From sequence record NC_041884.1: DNA of 64,000 bases; one strand, given 5' to 3'. Position numbers and translations under genes: made by a program. A model generated the notes under the pieces. The model was not told where the DNA came from, searched no databases, and saw only the letters and a program-made list of their open reading frames with translations. Below are positions 34,584-45,250 of this stretch, one piece after another (position 1 is the first letter of the stretch; each line of letters starts with the position of its first letter).

Positions 34584-34954
34584 TAAGATCTCATAAATTT
34601 AATAAAATTTTCAATATAACAATTAATATTTTCTTTTCCAATAGGATTCATACTATGAACATACCATGTTAAATCATTAGGTTCTAAACTCATATCAACA
34701 ATAGTATCACATAAATATTTAGCAGCATGATACCCTGTATATTCATTATGAGTATTATCAAAACAAGCTAAATCATGATCAAAAGAAAATACATAATCTT
34801 TCAAGTCTACAGAAAGATGGCATAACGAATCACACCAATCTTTAAATTCATCATATGTTCGTAGAATAGTAATAGAAGAAAATAACTGATTATAATTCAA
34901 CCATGTTACATCTTCAACAACTCGTTCATCATCTAAAAAAATTAATTTTTTCAC
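34583..34954 (-). CDS. Cyclic-phosphate-processing receiver-domain protein
   Basis: IFLDDER, SFDHDL, TGYHAAKYL and VHSMNPIG motifs. Confidence 0.85.
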   Translation of the reverse strand: MKKLIFLDDERVVEDVTWLNYNQLFSSITILRTYDEFKDWCDSLCHLSVDLKDYVFSFDHDLACFDNTHNEYTGYHAAKYLCDTIVDMSLEPNDLTWYVHSMNPIGKENINCYIENFIKFMRS

Positions 34955-35620
34955 TTAGAATTTCTTTTTAAATAGTCTTCAAAAGTTTCATTATTAGAAT
35001 GATTACAACCCCAATAAAAGAAATCTCTACATAATCCACAAAAGATAAAAATATTAAAAACTAAATATGAAGCTGCAATTACTGCTGCGATATTAACAGC
35101 AAATGTAATTAAACCTCTAATTTCAGCATCTGTTTCATTTGGACGATAGAGAGTAACTTCTTCTCCAACTTCATATTTATAATATGTTTCTTTTGTTACT
35201 GAGATAGGAGCTTGTCTAGGAAATTTAACAGTATATTTAACTCCATAAAGATCCTTAGTCATTTCTTCAATAACACCAGAACCAACTAACTCTTGTTTGA
35301 TAGGATGTTCTTTTCCTAAGTATGTATAACAATATGAACAAATACCAATAGAAATAAGAATTAAACAAGATCTTACAAAATAAAGAAAAATCGATTGAGA
35401 TTTAAACTTTCTTATCATACTGGAATATTCCTAATGAAGATTTCTTAATAATTTCAGTATATCCATAAGGGATAGTTGCTGCTAATTGGCCACCATTATA
35501 AATCTTAAATGGTTCAATACATACTATTCTACAATAGTCTTGTTTAATGTTATGAAGCACCTCTACTTTATACCCGATAGGGTGCTTCATAACTTTAACT
35601 TTAAGAAGCTGCCTTGGCAT
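34951..35620 (-). other. Membrane protein 34951..35418 and hypothetical 35402..35620
   Basis: Two TM helices in the first; coupled ORFs. Confidence 0.6.
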
Positions 35621-36017
35621 CTAAGATAGCAAGTTGAGCTTGAAGATCTTCTAAAGATCCTGAAGTTAATGCTTCTTTTTGTTTAGCTTCAATAGCTTCA
35701 CGAATAGCAGCACGTTGCTCATCAAGACGTTGACGATCTAATTTAGTTTTGTTTTCAGCCATACGTGTATCAATGATATGTTTTACAATATCAAAACGTA
35801 ATTGATTTAATTTATCTGCTTCAGATTGAACTGAATTATCAACAAAACTAATTTGAGTAGATGCACGTAATTCGCTGTGAAGGTCTACTGCAATACTGTT
35901 TAAACTAGATCCAGTCTTAGCTGTAAGAGCTAAATCCCACAGTTGTTCAACTGTTAATTCTCCACGAGTAGAAGGGAAACGTAGTTTAAGACGGCTTGCT
36001 TTTTCAAATAAAGACAT
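35601..36017 (-). CDS. Conserved jumbo-phage coiled-coil protein
   Basis: LFEKASRLKLRFPSTRG-LTVEQLWDL motif; adjacent to the 675-aa gene. Confidence 0.75.
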   Translation of the reverse strand: MSLFEKASRLKLRFPSTRGELTVEQLWDLALTAKTGSSLNSIAVDLHSELRASTQISFVDNSVQSEADKLNQLRFDIVKHIIDTRMAENKTKLDRQRLDEQRAAIREAIEAKQKEALTSGSLEDLQAQLAILDAKAAS

Positions 36018-36027
36018 AGCTTATCCT

Positions 36028-38055
36028 TTAAATAGATACTTGATATACACGTTGGGTTTTACCTGATACACGTACTACAAATTCATTGTTAGTACTGTCA
36101 TTAAATCCAACACCACTTAATTGTTCTTCTGAAGGAGCAACACGTAGTTTACTTCCTAAGACTTCGAAGACTTTACGATGTTTCGTTAATTCTGGACGTA
36201 AGAATTCGTTAAAGAAACTACGAGGTGTTTCTGGATTCTTACAACCTTCTAACATAAACATATAATGCTTATTACCTTCAGCTTGATCGCCCCAATGATT
36301 TGGAGAATTCATGACTAAGCTTACAGGAACAAACGTATTTGTATTAATACCCCAAATCTCTTGACCTGGACCATCAGAGCTTTCTAATAATTGACAAACT
36401 TTTTTAACAGTAAAACCAGTACCATCAAATTCAATATCAAGCATTGTTTCATTTTGATTGAAAGCTTTTTCATATGTGAAGTTTTGTACTACACCATCAG
36501 CTTCAACTTGTAAAACAAAACCAACATTAGTATTAGAACGTTTAGAGTAATTATTTACAATTACACGATAAACCCCTTTAGTCATACGACGACGATCAGG
36601 GTAGATAATATTTTCAACTGGCTCTGTATCTGAATGTTTATCCAAACCATTCATATCTAAATCTAATGTACCACCATTACTAGAATGCTTATTTCGATAC
36701 CAGATACGTTGACCTGTTGGCTCCTGAATAGATAGATCTAAATCATCAGCATTAAACCAACTCAATGATACTCGAAGATCACCTTCAACTGAGCCACCAA
36801 ATTTCTTAACAGTTTCACGAATTGAATCTGTAATGTCTCCATTGTAAGCCCATGAAAAACCATTATCCCAACGTAATAATGAAGTACGTGGTTGAACAGG
36901 GGCAATTAAAGAAACAAAGTTTGGTTTCAATTTGTTAGTGACTAACAATTCAACTTTATTAGATGTAGGTAATACATTTGCTAAAAAGTCTTTAATTCCA
37001 ATAGCAATAGCTTTGGTTAAGATTTTAGGATCAAATTTTGAAGAAGCTTCTTGTGTAAGATCATCAAATACATTTAAAGCTTTTTTAGCATTTGCAGAGA
37101 ATAATACTTCAGATACATTAATATCTGTTTCTTTAGCAAATCGACGTTGGAGATCATCTTCGAGTCCTAAACTTTTAACTACTTCTTGTGCTTCTGAAAT
37201 CATACGAGGTGTGATTACAGCTGAAGTACGTTTGTAGTTAGTAGGAGCAACTTTAGATTCAAATTTAGAAACAGCAGTATCTAAATCAATACCTGAACTA
37301 ATATCTTCTACTAATGTTCCAATAACTGTATTACGGAAACGAGCATTAAAATGTTCTGTAGCAACTGTATGCCAAATAAATGCTTCTTTATTAGCTTCAG
37401 GAACAGCTTCATATTTCTTTTTAAGATCTACAAAAGCTTTAACTTGAGAACGGAATTCATTTCCACGATAAATAGAATTACCATCAATTAGCTCAAGAAC
37501 TGTCTCAGCAGCATCTAAAGAAAATTCCTTTAATCCACGTTGAATTACTTGATAAGAATTATTGTATTCACCAACAACAGAAGAAAAATCATTTACCGAA
37601 ACAACTAAAGACTTAGGAACTTCAGCGTAAAAATGATTCCAGCTTACATTACGAACTAAGTCTTTAGTTGTAGCTGAACCAATAATAGCTGTTTCAGAGC
37701 GATATACAGCTGCAATAGGAGTATCAAGAACAAATTTATTTAAAGCATTTGCTACAGCTTGATAGTATCCCTCTACTTCTACATTCCAGATAGATGTTTT
37801 CTTAAATGTACGAGGATCAATTGCAACAACACCACCCATACGACGAATAAAAGACTTACAATTATTACAATCGTATTCACGTCGTTCTTTTAACATTGGG
37901 TTAGTGCCTTCAGGGAATGCAGATAAATAAGTTTCCCAAAGAACATCTGGATTAATATCAACACGAACAAGCACTAATCCAGCAGCAGTTAAAGTACGAA
38001 TTTGTTGATAGATAGCTTTTTGAAAATTAATAAAGTTACTCATCTTCTTCTCCAA
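36028..38055 (-). CDS. 675-aa conserved phage protein with a YfaP/DUF2135-like domain
   Basis: YDCNNCKSFI N-terminal motif; GDLRVSLSW...DLDL...GGTLDLDMN YfaP-like segment. Confidence 0.7.
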   Translation of the reverse strand: MEKKMSNFINFQKAIYQQIRTLTAAGLVLVRVDINPDVLWETYLSAFPEGTNPMLKERREYDCNNCKSFIRRMGGVVAIDPRTFKKTSIWNVEVEGYYQAVANALNKFVLDTPIAAVYRSETAIIGSATTKDLVRNVSWNHFYAEVPKSLVVSVNDFSSVVGEYNNSYQVIQRGLKEFSLDAAETVLELIDGNSIYRGNEFRSQVKAFVDLKKKYEAVPEANKEAFIWHTVATEHFNARFRNTVIGTLVEDISSGIDLDTAVSKFESKVAPTNYKRTSAVITPRMISEAQEVVKSLGLEDDLQRRFAKETDINVSEVLFSANAKKALNVFDDLTQEASSKFDPKILTKAIAIGIKDFLANVLPTSNKVELLVTNKLKPNFVSLIAPVQPRTSLLRWDNGFSWAYNGDITDSIRETVKKFGGSVEGDLRVSLSWFNADDLDLSIQEPTGQRIWYRNKHSSNGGTLDLDMNGLDKHSDTEPVENIIYPDRRRMTKGVYRVIVNNYSKRSNTNVGFVLQVEADGVVQNFTYEKAFNQNETMLDIEFDGTGFTVKKVCQLLESSDGPGQEIWGINTNTFVPVSLVMNSPNHWGDQAEGNKHYMFMLEGCKNPETPRSFFNEFLRPELTKHRKVFEVLGSKLRVAPSEEQLSGVGFNDSTNNEFVVRVSGKTQRVYQVSI

Positions 38056-38239
38056 AGATTTCTTTTTGTGATTCTTCAGTTAAACCTGTTTTAATGAATT
38101 CACGTTCAGTAGGTGTTAAATGAGGGAAAGCATTTTGAATTAATGTACCACTAGCATAAGAATCTAGTTGAGCTTGAGTTACATTTAAATCAAGAGTATT
38201 CAATTTCCCTGTATAAGGATCAACTCGTTGAATTTGCAT
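38036..38239 (-). CDS. Conserved small phage protein
   Basis: LIQNAFPHLTPTEREFIKTG motif. Confidence 0.7.
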   Translation of the reverse strand: MQIQRVDPYTGKLNTLDLNVTQAQLDSYASGTLIQNAFPHLTPTEREFIKTGLTEESQKEIFGEEDE

Positions 38240-38241
38240 AA

Positions 38242-39309
38242 TTATCTCAAAATAGCTATAGCTTGATAAGGTGAAATATTTGAATCAATCTCTATTTCAA
38301 CTTCTAATGGATCTGCAAGAGATTTCATAAAATGATAAACAGAAGCTGAAGAACCTGAACAAATAATTAATCGAGGTTTTCGACGAAGTAATGCACGAGT
38401 GCATTCACTAATCGTTGGCTTGATCTTTAGTTCATCTTGAACATTATAAGTTTCAGTAACATGATCAATAACAAAATTTGTACGCCGATCACATTGCTGC
38501 TTCAGATAAGAAGTAACCTTAGCAGGAATACTATCAAATTTATCTAATACTTCAGTAATTTGATCAAGAAAGTAGTTAGTTACATCATACTCTTGAAGAT
38601 TCTGATATATTGCACATGTGTGATATTTACCTTTATCTGAAATTACAGAACGAGATAATAACCCACTAATTACACTATTAAGAATTCCAAAAGGAATAAT
38701 TTCATCAGTGTCTGTAGCATAGATATCAGAGATATGATTAATGTCATTTAAGACTACTAAACGAAAAGGTTTCATACCTAAAGGTAAACCTAACTGTCTC
38801 CAACTTTCACGCAACTGATTGAAAATTGTTCCTTTACCAGTCCAACCATCTACAAAGAATAGATCACATTCTGCACTATGTTTTTCGATAATATGATTAA
38901 ATGCTAATTCATCTAATCCAAAATCTCGAATAATAGATAGTGCATAATGGTGTACTTTAATCTTATAACGTAGTTCTAGAGAACGTTTAATTAATACACC
39001 TAAAGGTAGTCCAGCTCGAATTAAACTAGCTAATACAATATTGTTTTTATCTTTTGATTGTTCAAAAATTGCATCAGCTAATCCATTAATCCATTTACCT
39101 AAACTAATACGATATGAGTAAGAACTCATTAAACGATTAAATTCAGATAATTGTTCACGAGATGGAGCATCTTCAGATAACAGAAAAGATGAATAATGTT
39201 CACCAGAAGCAATACGAGCTTCTTTTTCATCTTTAGTGATAAATGTATGATCTGTAGAAATATTTAATAAAAGGGTAACATCTTCTGGTTTAAATGTACT
39301 AAAAGTCAT
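38242..39309 (-). CDS. Ter-associated StiP/cysteine-protease-like protein with C-terminal PELOTA-like region
   Basis: SLIRAGLPLG, SIIRD-G-D, FVDGWTGKGTI, IPFGILNSVISGL and IKPTISECTRALLRR motifs. Confidence 0.8.
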   Translation of the reverse strand: MTFSTFKPEDVTLLLNISTDHTFITKDEKEARIASGEHYSSFLLSEDAPSREQLSEFNRLMSSYSYRISLGKWINGLADAIFEQSKDKNNIVLASLIRAGLPLGVLIKRSLELRYKIKVHHYALSIIRDFGLDELAFNHIIEKHSAECDLFFVDGWTGKGTIFNQLRESWRQLGLPLGMKPFRLVVLNDINHISDIYATDTDEIIPFGILNSVISGLLSRSVISDKGKYHTCAIYQNLQEYDVTNYFLDQITEVLDKFDSIPAKVTSYLKQQCDRRTNFVIDHVTETYNVQDELKIKPTISECTRALLRRKPRLIICSGSSASVYHFMKSLADPLEVEIEIDSNISPYQAIAILR

Positions 39310-40025
39310 GATAATAACTCTTTAATAATTTGAACATTATCTTTAGTAGGAGTCATTAAGAAATCACATTCTAACATAAAGAACAGATCAGATTTTGAAT
39401 CACCTATACCAATAGTAACTACACCTGGATGTAGCTCTAACATCTTTTTCTTAATGAAACGAACAGCATCTGTTTTAGGTTTTAATGTTTTAGGGAATAT
39501 AGAAAAACCAGTACCATTAATATACAACTCAAGCCCTTTGTGTTGCTTTAGAATAGAATTTAATTTTAATAAATCCGTAGACTTGTTGTTAATGTTCCCT
39601 TCAATATAAAACCCATAAGTTTTATGAGTAATTAATTTTGAATGAACATTATACAAATGAAGGTACTTAATACTTTCTCTTAATTCATTCTGACTACTAG
39701 ATACTTTACCAATAAGGGTGTCAGTAAATTCTGGAATCAATTTATTATCATAGGTATAAATAAATACACCATAATTACAAACTTTAAATGAGTTAAAGTT
39801 AAAAGTTGATTCAACACGTTTTAAACTTTCAATAGATCTAGCAGTTACAGGAATAACACCACTAGAGCCTGAGTTAAATTCATTAAATAAAGAAATTTGT
39901 TTAGGGGTAGTGCAAATATTACTACCAGAATCTGATGTATAAACAACGTGACGTGGTTCATCAGACTCTAGATGGCGTTCAGTTTGAATGAAAGTTAAAT
40001 CGAGATCACAAAAGCTTAAAAACAT
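39306..40025 (-). CDS. Ter-associated HAD-family hydrolase
   Basis: DLDLT, PVTARS and IGIGDSKSD motifs. Confidence 0.85.
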   Translation of the reverse strand: MFLSFCDLDLTFIQTERHLESDEPRHVVYTSDSGSNICTTPKQISLFNEFNSGSSGVIPVTARSIESLKRVESTFNFNSFKVCNYGVFIYTYDNKLIPEFTDTLIGKVSSSQNELRESIKYLHLYNVHSKLITHKTYGFYIEGNINNKSTDLLKLNSILKQHKGLELYINGTGFSIFPKTLKPKTDAVRFIKKKMLELHPGVVTIGIGDSKSDLFFMLECDFLMTPTKDNVQIIKELLS

Positions 40026-41133
40026 TTACATTATTCCATGCAACCAATGATTCTATTAATGAACTTTGAGGAGCATCTTCGATAGATAAACACACAGAAT
40101 CAAGTCCTTTATTTAATAGGTCATCGAAATTATATAGATATGATTCCATTGTGGAATCATAAAGATTAGGAAGTACAAGTTTAGTCTTAATAATAGTATT
40201 AAGCTTTAACGGAGAAGATGAAATAGACAACAATACTGAATCTTTTCCAGTATTATTAAATTTATTTATACAATTTAGAAGAGAAGCAAAGATTAATTCA
40301 TCATAATAAATCTGAATATCAGAACTATTGAAGTACTTAGGATCTTTACATTTAGAGACAATGTCTGACAAAGAGTCAAACGAAGGTAATCTGAAATGAT
40401 CATTAGTTACATTTGTTAATGATACATTATCAGATTTTTTATAAGGAAGATGTGGTACTGGAACATTCGAATCTTGTTCCCAAGTATAAGTACCTTTAAC
40501 TAACGAATAAGTCTTTAGTTCAACATCATCTACTGTTAAATTTGAAGACCAATCTGTTAAAGAGAGAACAATAACTTTTCTTAAACAAGGTAATTTTTCT
40601 TTAAGAGATTCAACTAAATTCTTAATAGTATTACCTGTAGTGACTTCATCATCTACAATAATTAAAGTATTTGTTTGTTCTAAATGCTCATTAACAGATT
40701 TGTCAAAAGACTTATAGATATAATGATTAGGGAAATGACTATGAGGTTCTACAAATTCAGCAAGAACAGGAGCAGATAATGTTCTTCGTGTAGTTTGTAG
40801 ACGTAGAATATTAACCCAATCTTTAGATAATTGGTTATGAACTAAATAACCTAACCCTAAACCAGTTTCTGCTAAAGAGAGCAGAGAAATTTTATTATTT
40901 TCACCTTCTAAGTCTTTAGACTCAATTTGTTCACTAAGAGACTTAGCTATAGAGTTTAATATACTAAAAGGTGTAGGGGTATAACGACCAATTACTTTAG
41001 ATACGAACATGAACTGACGTTTAGGATTTAAACGTTCAGCTAAAGAGCAAATACTATCAAAACGATAATGTTCAGTTTCGAAATTCAGAGATAATTTTCC
41101 AGTATTTAAATTATACTCTTTAAAATTTGACAT
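40006..41133 (-). CDS. Ter-associated phosphoribosyltransferase (PRTase plus TRSP-like)
   Basis: RLNPKRQFMFVSKVIG, AETGLGLG, EPHSH and IIVDDEVTTGNT motifs. Confidence 0.88.
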   Translation of the reverse strand: MSNFKEYNLNTGKLSLNFETEHYRFDSICSLAERLNPKRQFMFVSKVIGRYTPTPFSILNSIAKSLSEQIESKDLEGENNKISLLSLAETGLGLGYLVHNQLSKDWVNILRLQTTRRTLSAPVLAEFVEPHSHFPNHYIYKSFDKSVNEHLEQTNTLIIVDDEVTTGNTIKNLVESLKEKLPCLRKVIVLSLTDWSSNLTVDDVELKTYSLVKGTYTWEQDSNVPVPHLPYKKSDNVSLTNVTNDHFRLPSFDSLSDIVSKCKDPKYFNSSDIQIYYDELIFASLLNCINKFNNTGKDSVLLSISSSPLKLNTIIKTKLVLPNLYDSTMESYLYNFDDLLNKGLDSVCLSIEDAPQSSLIESLVAWNNVNVFKLL

Positions 41134-41136
41134 GTC

Positions 41137-41436
41137 TTAATCCTTTTTAGGATAGATATATTGTTGGTATTGAGCAATTGCAGCAGCTGAAGAGAAACCT
41201 TTATCAAGAAGAATACATCGAACAGTATCTTCAATATTCTCCAGACTAACCATAACATCTTGTAAAGATAAAGGTGGTTTTGGTTCTTCATCGAAGTCTT
41301 GATAATCTAATTGAGATTCTATCTTTTCAGCAGATCCTTTCTTTTCTTTTTCAGAAATATCTAATAAGGACTCTTCAATATGATGCAGGCTCATTAAGAT
41401 GTCTAAAATGAGTTTTGTATTATCTTGGTGTGACAC
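41137..41436 (-). CDS. Acidic hypothetical protein
   Basis: GTG start with AGGA SD. Confidence 0.6.
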   Translation of the reverse strand: MSHQDNTKLILDILMSLHHIEESLLDISEKEKKGSAEKIESQLDYQDFDEEPKPPLSLQDVMVSLENIEDTVRCILLDKGFSSAAAIAQYQQYIYPKKD

Positions 41437-41460
41437 TTTAAATCCTTCTGAAAAAGAAAA

Positions 41461-41482
41461 GGACAGAATATTTCATCTGTCC
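41461..41482 (-). terminator. Rho-independent terminator
   Basis: GGACAGA/TCTGTCC stem followed on the minus strand by TTTTCTTTTT. Confidence 0.7.
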
Positions 41483-41520
41483 ATCTCTTTGTTATTTATT
41501 CAATTTAGAAATTTTAAATC

Positions 41521-42132
41521 TTATTCGGTTTTAGCACCATAAGATTGTAATACTTCTTCTAAGCCGTTATCAAATCCAAGATCGATTTTCTTAACTCGCC
41601 AACCACCATCATGACGATAGATTTCAGCAACATTAACAGCTTTAGATGCAGCATGATCTTCAGTCAAATCAATTTTGAGTGAATCCATACCATCAACATT
41701 TACATCAACGTAAGCATTTTCAACTTGACCAAATGTGATACCAAGATTCTTTTCATCATGGATACTCATAAGTACCATGATACATCCAATTTCGGGTGGT
41801 AGGGTTTCTAAATTTAGATTACCATTTTCATCATAACCGTCACCAGAACCATCACGATTGTCTTTATCAAGAACAATACTACCACAAGCCGATTTTAACA
41901 AGTTATAGAAAACAATTCCTGGATTTCCATCAGACTGTGTTACAAGATTTTTAGATTTTGAATCTGCTAATAAAATAAAACTTAAATCTAAGTCATGTTT
42001 AACATTAGATTGACGAGCAGAATCCCAACCACAGCCTACATGTACACTTTTTAAAGATACAGCAGAACCATCAGGTTTAGCTAAACGAATAGGTACACCT
42101 TTAGTTAAAGGGATAACATGTTGAGTAGTCAT
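41521..42132 (-). CDS. terD: TerD-family stress protein
   Basis: VGCGWD, DLDLS, VFYN, DNRDGSGDGYDE, FGQVENAY and EIYRHDGGW motifs. Confidence 0.92.
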   Translation of the reverse strand: MTTQHVIPLTKGVPIRLAKPDGSAVSLKSVHVGCGWDSARQSNVKHDLDLSFILLADSKSKNLVTQSDGNPGIVFYNLLKSACGSIVLDKDNRDGSGDGYDENGNLNLETLPPEIGCIMVLMSIHDEKNLGITFGQVENAYVDVNVDGMDSLKIDLTEDHAASKAVNVAEIYRHDGGWRVKKIDLGFDNGLEEVLQSYGAKTE

Positions 42133-42142
42133 AATAAAATCC

Positions 42143-42493
42143 TTATGAAATTGTAAAACGAATAACAGGAGGAAGACCTGTTACTGAATAATTTATAATT
42201 GGTTCACGTTGGTTAGTTTTAATGTGTCTATAAGATGTAAGCTTTTTAACTAACCTTTCATGTTCCCATTTTTTAAACTTAGTCTCAGACTGCTCTAACA
42301 TCTGAGAAATATAAGGCGCCAAAAAACTTCCTGTATCTTTTAAGCTAAGGAGTTCTTTTCTGTACTCTTGAAGAGTTGACGCATATACTAAAATGAGCCT
42401 ACCTGACTGAGTACGAATTAAAGTTCCTTTATCAGTAATAAATAATTCGTACTCAAGTTGAGGTAGTTGTTTATTATGCTGCAAGTGTTCCAT
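42143..42493 (-). CDS. Hypothetical protein
   Basis: Intact ORF within the ter cluster. Confidence 0.6.
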   Translation of the reverse strand: MEHLQHNKQLPQLEYELFITDKGTLIRTQSGRLILVYASTLQEYRKELLSLKDTGSFLAPYISQMLEQSETKFKKWEHERLVKKLTSYRHIKTNQREPIINYSVTGLPPVIRFTIS

Positions 42494-43586
42494 TATCAGA
42501 ACTACTTTCTTTTTTGTTTTCTCGAATAGATGAGAAAACAGCTAAGATGATGAAGGCAATACTAATAAGGCCTACAGCAACTTCTGGTAGATGAATAAAC
42601 GGAGAAGAAAGCATAATCAATGCTAATGCTGCAATTGCATACATAGCACCATGTTCAAGATAACGATATGTATCAAGAGTTCCTTTCTTAACTAAATAAA
42701 CAGTTAAGCAACGAACAACCATAGCACCAATAGCTAAACCAAGCATGATAACAATAATGTCAGTAGTAACAGCAAAAGCTCCAGCTACACCATCAACGCT
42801 AAATGAAGCATCAACTAATTCTAGATAAAGGAAACCACCAATACCTGCTTTAACTGTACCAGTTGCTACTTGACCATTCGCTTCAGATTCTTCTTCAGTA
42901 TCACCAGTAAACATTTCAATAATGGAGCCTAAAGCTTGCACACCAAAATAAGAAGCGATACCTACGAGACCACCTTTAAAAATCTGACTACTTAAAATAG
43001 CATCTGACATTGTAATTACAATTAAGGCTGCAAGAACAATAAATGCAAACATATAAGGAGTAAACCAACCAAAGGTTTTACCTAATACTTCACCAACCTT
43101 CTCTAAAGGTCCTAACCAGTTAACATCTTTTTCATCATCAAAGAAGAAGTTTAAGAACACCAACAATAAGAACATACCACCAAAAGAAGCAACTAATGTA
43201 TGGCTTGCTAAAAGATGTTTAGAGTATTCGGTAGGACTATTAAGTGCTAATGTAAAAGATTCAATAAACGACATTTCTGTTGTGGATGAAACAATTACAA
43301 TAGGAAATACGAGTCGCATACCAAATACAGCAACAAGAATACCAACTGTTAAAAATAACTTTTGCCAGAATGGATTCCAATGTTTTAAAACTGTGGCATT
43401 ATATACAGCATTATCAATTGATAATGAAATTTCCAGTACAGCTAAAATAACTGTAATGAATAAGATATTGAATGCTTGACTTAATCCTGCATCTACACCG
43501 TGATTTAAACCCCAGAAGAAAGCTAAGGTTAAACACACCAGACCAAAGATGATAGAAAGTTTGAAGTTATCCCAAATATTTTTCAT
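42474..43586 (-). CDS. terC: TerC-family (DUF475) membrane protein
   Basis: LEISLSIDNAVYNA, GMRLVFP, YLELVDASFSVDGVAGAFA and YRYLEHGAMYAI motifs. Confidence 0.9.
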   Translation of the reverse strand: MKNIWDNFKLSIIFGLVCLTLAFFWGLNHGVDAGLSQAFNILFITVILAVLEISLSIDNAVYNATVLKHWNPFWQKLFLTVGILVAVFGMRLVFPIVIVSSTTEMSFIESFTLALNSPTEYSKHLLASHTLVASFGGMFLLLVFLNFFFDDEKDVNWLGPLEKVGEVLGKTFGWFTPYMFAFIVLAALIVITMSDAILSSQIFKGGLVGIASYFGVQALGSIIEMFTGDTEEESEANGQVATGTVKAGIGGFLYLELVDASFSVDGVAGAFAVTTDIIVIMLGLAIGAMVVRCLTVYLVKKGTLDTYRYLEHGAMYAIAALALIMLSSPFIHLPEVAVGLISIAFIILAVFSSIRENKKESSSDNGTLAA

Positions 43587-43598
43587 GATTAATCCTTA

Positions 43599-44288
43599 TT
43601 AACCAAATTTTGCAATAACTTCAGGATTGACTACAGCATCAATTAATTCTGCATCAGTCTTACTGAAATCAGCAATACTAGAGTAACCAACTGAATCGTA
43701 ACGATCACCTAAGCTACTTAAGAAGTTTGAATGGAAGCCTACACAAATAAGTTGAACATATACATTATTTGATGATTCGATTTGTTTGATTTTAGCTTCA
43801 AACTCACGTTCGTCAGATGAAGAGGTTTCACCATCTGTAATAAAGGTAATAAGTTGTTTACCTTTAATGGAAGCCAATGGGTTACCAAATAACCCACCAA
43901 GGAATCCACCGCCACCAAGTTTCTTAAGAATAGCATCGATAGCTGGTGTATAAGCTGTACCGCCAAAACCATACTTACGAATGCTTTCACCTAAGATATG
44001 TTCTACTTGGTCATATTGGCTTACATTTAATGTCCCAGCATCAAATGCTTGGCTATGATAAACAACAAATGGTAAGTTACCATCATCATCAATTACATTA
44101 CTAATACCAAGAAGATGACGAAGAATATTAGCTACAGTACCATTACCAAAGTAGTTAGACATACTTCCTGATTGATCTAATACTAAAGAGACATTAATGT
44201 CTTTAGGAATATTTGTAACACCTTTCTTTTGAAGAGAAATTACTACATCTTCAGAAACTTTTTTCAGAGAGATTACTTGAGAAGTCAT
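43599..44288 (-). CDS. vWA (TerF C-terminal-like) protein
   Basis: LVLDQSGSM, GGTAYTPAI and FITDGE motifs. Confidence 0.85.
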   Translation of the reverse strand: MTSQVISLKKVSEDVVISLQKKGVTNIPKDINVSLVLDQSGSMSNYFGNGTVANILRHLLGISNVIDDDGNLPFVVYHSQAFDAGTLNVSQYDQVEHILGESIRKYGFGGTAYTPAIDAILKKLGGGGFLGGLFGNPLASIKGKQLITFITDGETSSSDEREFEAKIKQIESSNNVYVQLICVGFHSNFLSSLGDRYDSVGYSSIADFSKTDAELIDAVVNPEVIAKFG

Positions 44289-45250
44289 TATACTTCACCT
44301 ACATAATGGTTAGCGGTAACTTGGTATTGATCACCAAATAATTTAATAAGTTCTTTCTTGAGAACATCCATAGGATAATCATCAATGTTAGAGATTTTAA
44401 CAATTTCATAACGTTCTTGATTATGGAAATTTTGATAAATAATCTTACGACCAATAGCTTTATCAAAATGATCATTTACATGACATAATGCAGAACTTAC
44501 TGCCATATATGTCATTCCATTATGAACGAATAATAAAGCTAATCCAGTAATACCACCAGTAGAATTTAAATCTACTTCTTCGTTAGGATTTTTAACTTGC
44601 TGTTCGCAAATGTATTCAAATGTTCCATACATATTTTCGTAGAACTTATTATTATAACGACGAATATAAATTGGAATTGTTTGAATATTACGTGCAAGTA
44701 ATCCTTCAAATTGGGCAGTAATAGTAGACTTAGCTAAAATCTCTAACTCTGCTTCTTTGGCAAAAGTAAGAGGATGTACACCAGTATCTGGTTTTTCTTG
44801 TTTAGGTAAAGGAGCTTTTTCAAGAACTACTTTATTAATGAAACGATAGAATTGGCTCAATACTTTAGGATATTGGCGATCTTCAGTTTCTAAGATAATT
44901 TGATTATTAATTAATTGAGATTTTAAACGATCTTTTGCTTCTACACGACCGATTAAGCGAGAATAAGTATCTTCTTTACTACAAATAGCATAAGAATACT
45001 GAGGAAGAGAAAGTGAAGGGGAAACTAAAATAGCAACACATACACCGTTAATACGATTTGTGTTATAACGACGAGCGTTATTAATTTTAGTGGCTAATAA
45101 GTGACTGTGGTGAAAGATATATACTTTCGAGTCTGGATAGTTTTCTTTAAACCAACTATTTAGTTGGATGTCAGATTCATGATAAGCAACATTGAAATTG
45201 ACTTGACGATTTTTCTTAGCAGATGGATTTCCAATCTGAGCAACTGTCAT
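44288..45250 (-). CDS. Hypothetical protein with two internal repeats (A-CS-ED-Y-R-IGR / A-CH-ND-F-K-IGR)
   Basis: Duplicated motif visible in the translation. Confidence 0.7.
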   Translation of the reverse strand: MTVAQIGNPSAKKNRQVNFNVAYHESDIQLNSWFKENYPDSKVYIFHHSHLLATKINNARRYNTNRINGVCVAILVSPSLSLPQYSYAICSKEDTYSRLIGRVEAKDRLKSQLINNQIILETEDRQYPKVLSQFYRFINKVVLEKAPLPKQEKPDTGVHPLTFAKEAELEILAKSTITAQFEGLLARNIQTIPIYIRRYNNKFYENMYGTFEYICEQQVKNPNEEVDLNSTGGITGLALLFVHNGMTYMAVSSALCHVNDHFDKAIGRKIIYQNFHNQERYEIVKISNIDDYPMDVLKKELIKLFGDQYQVTANHYVGEV

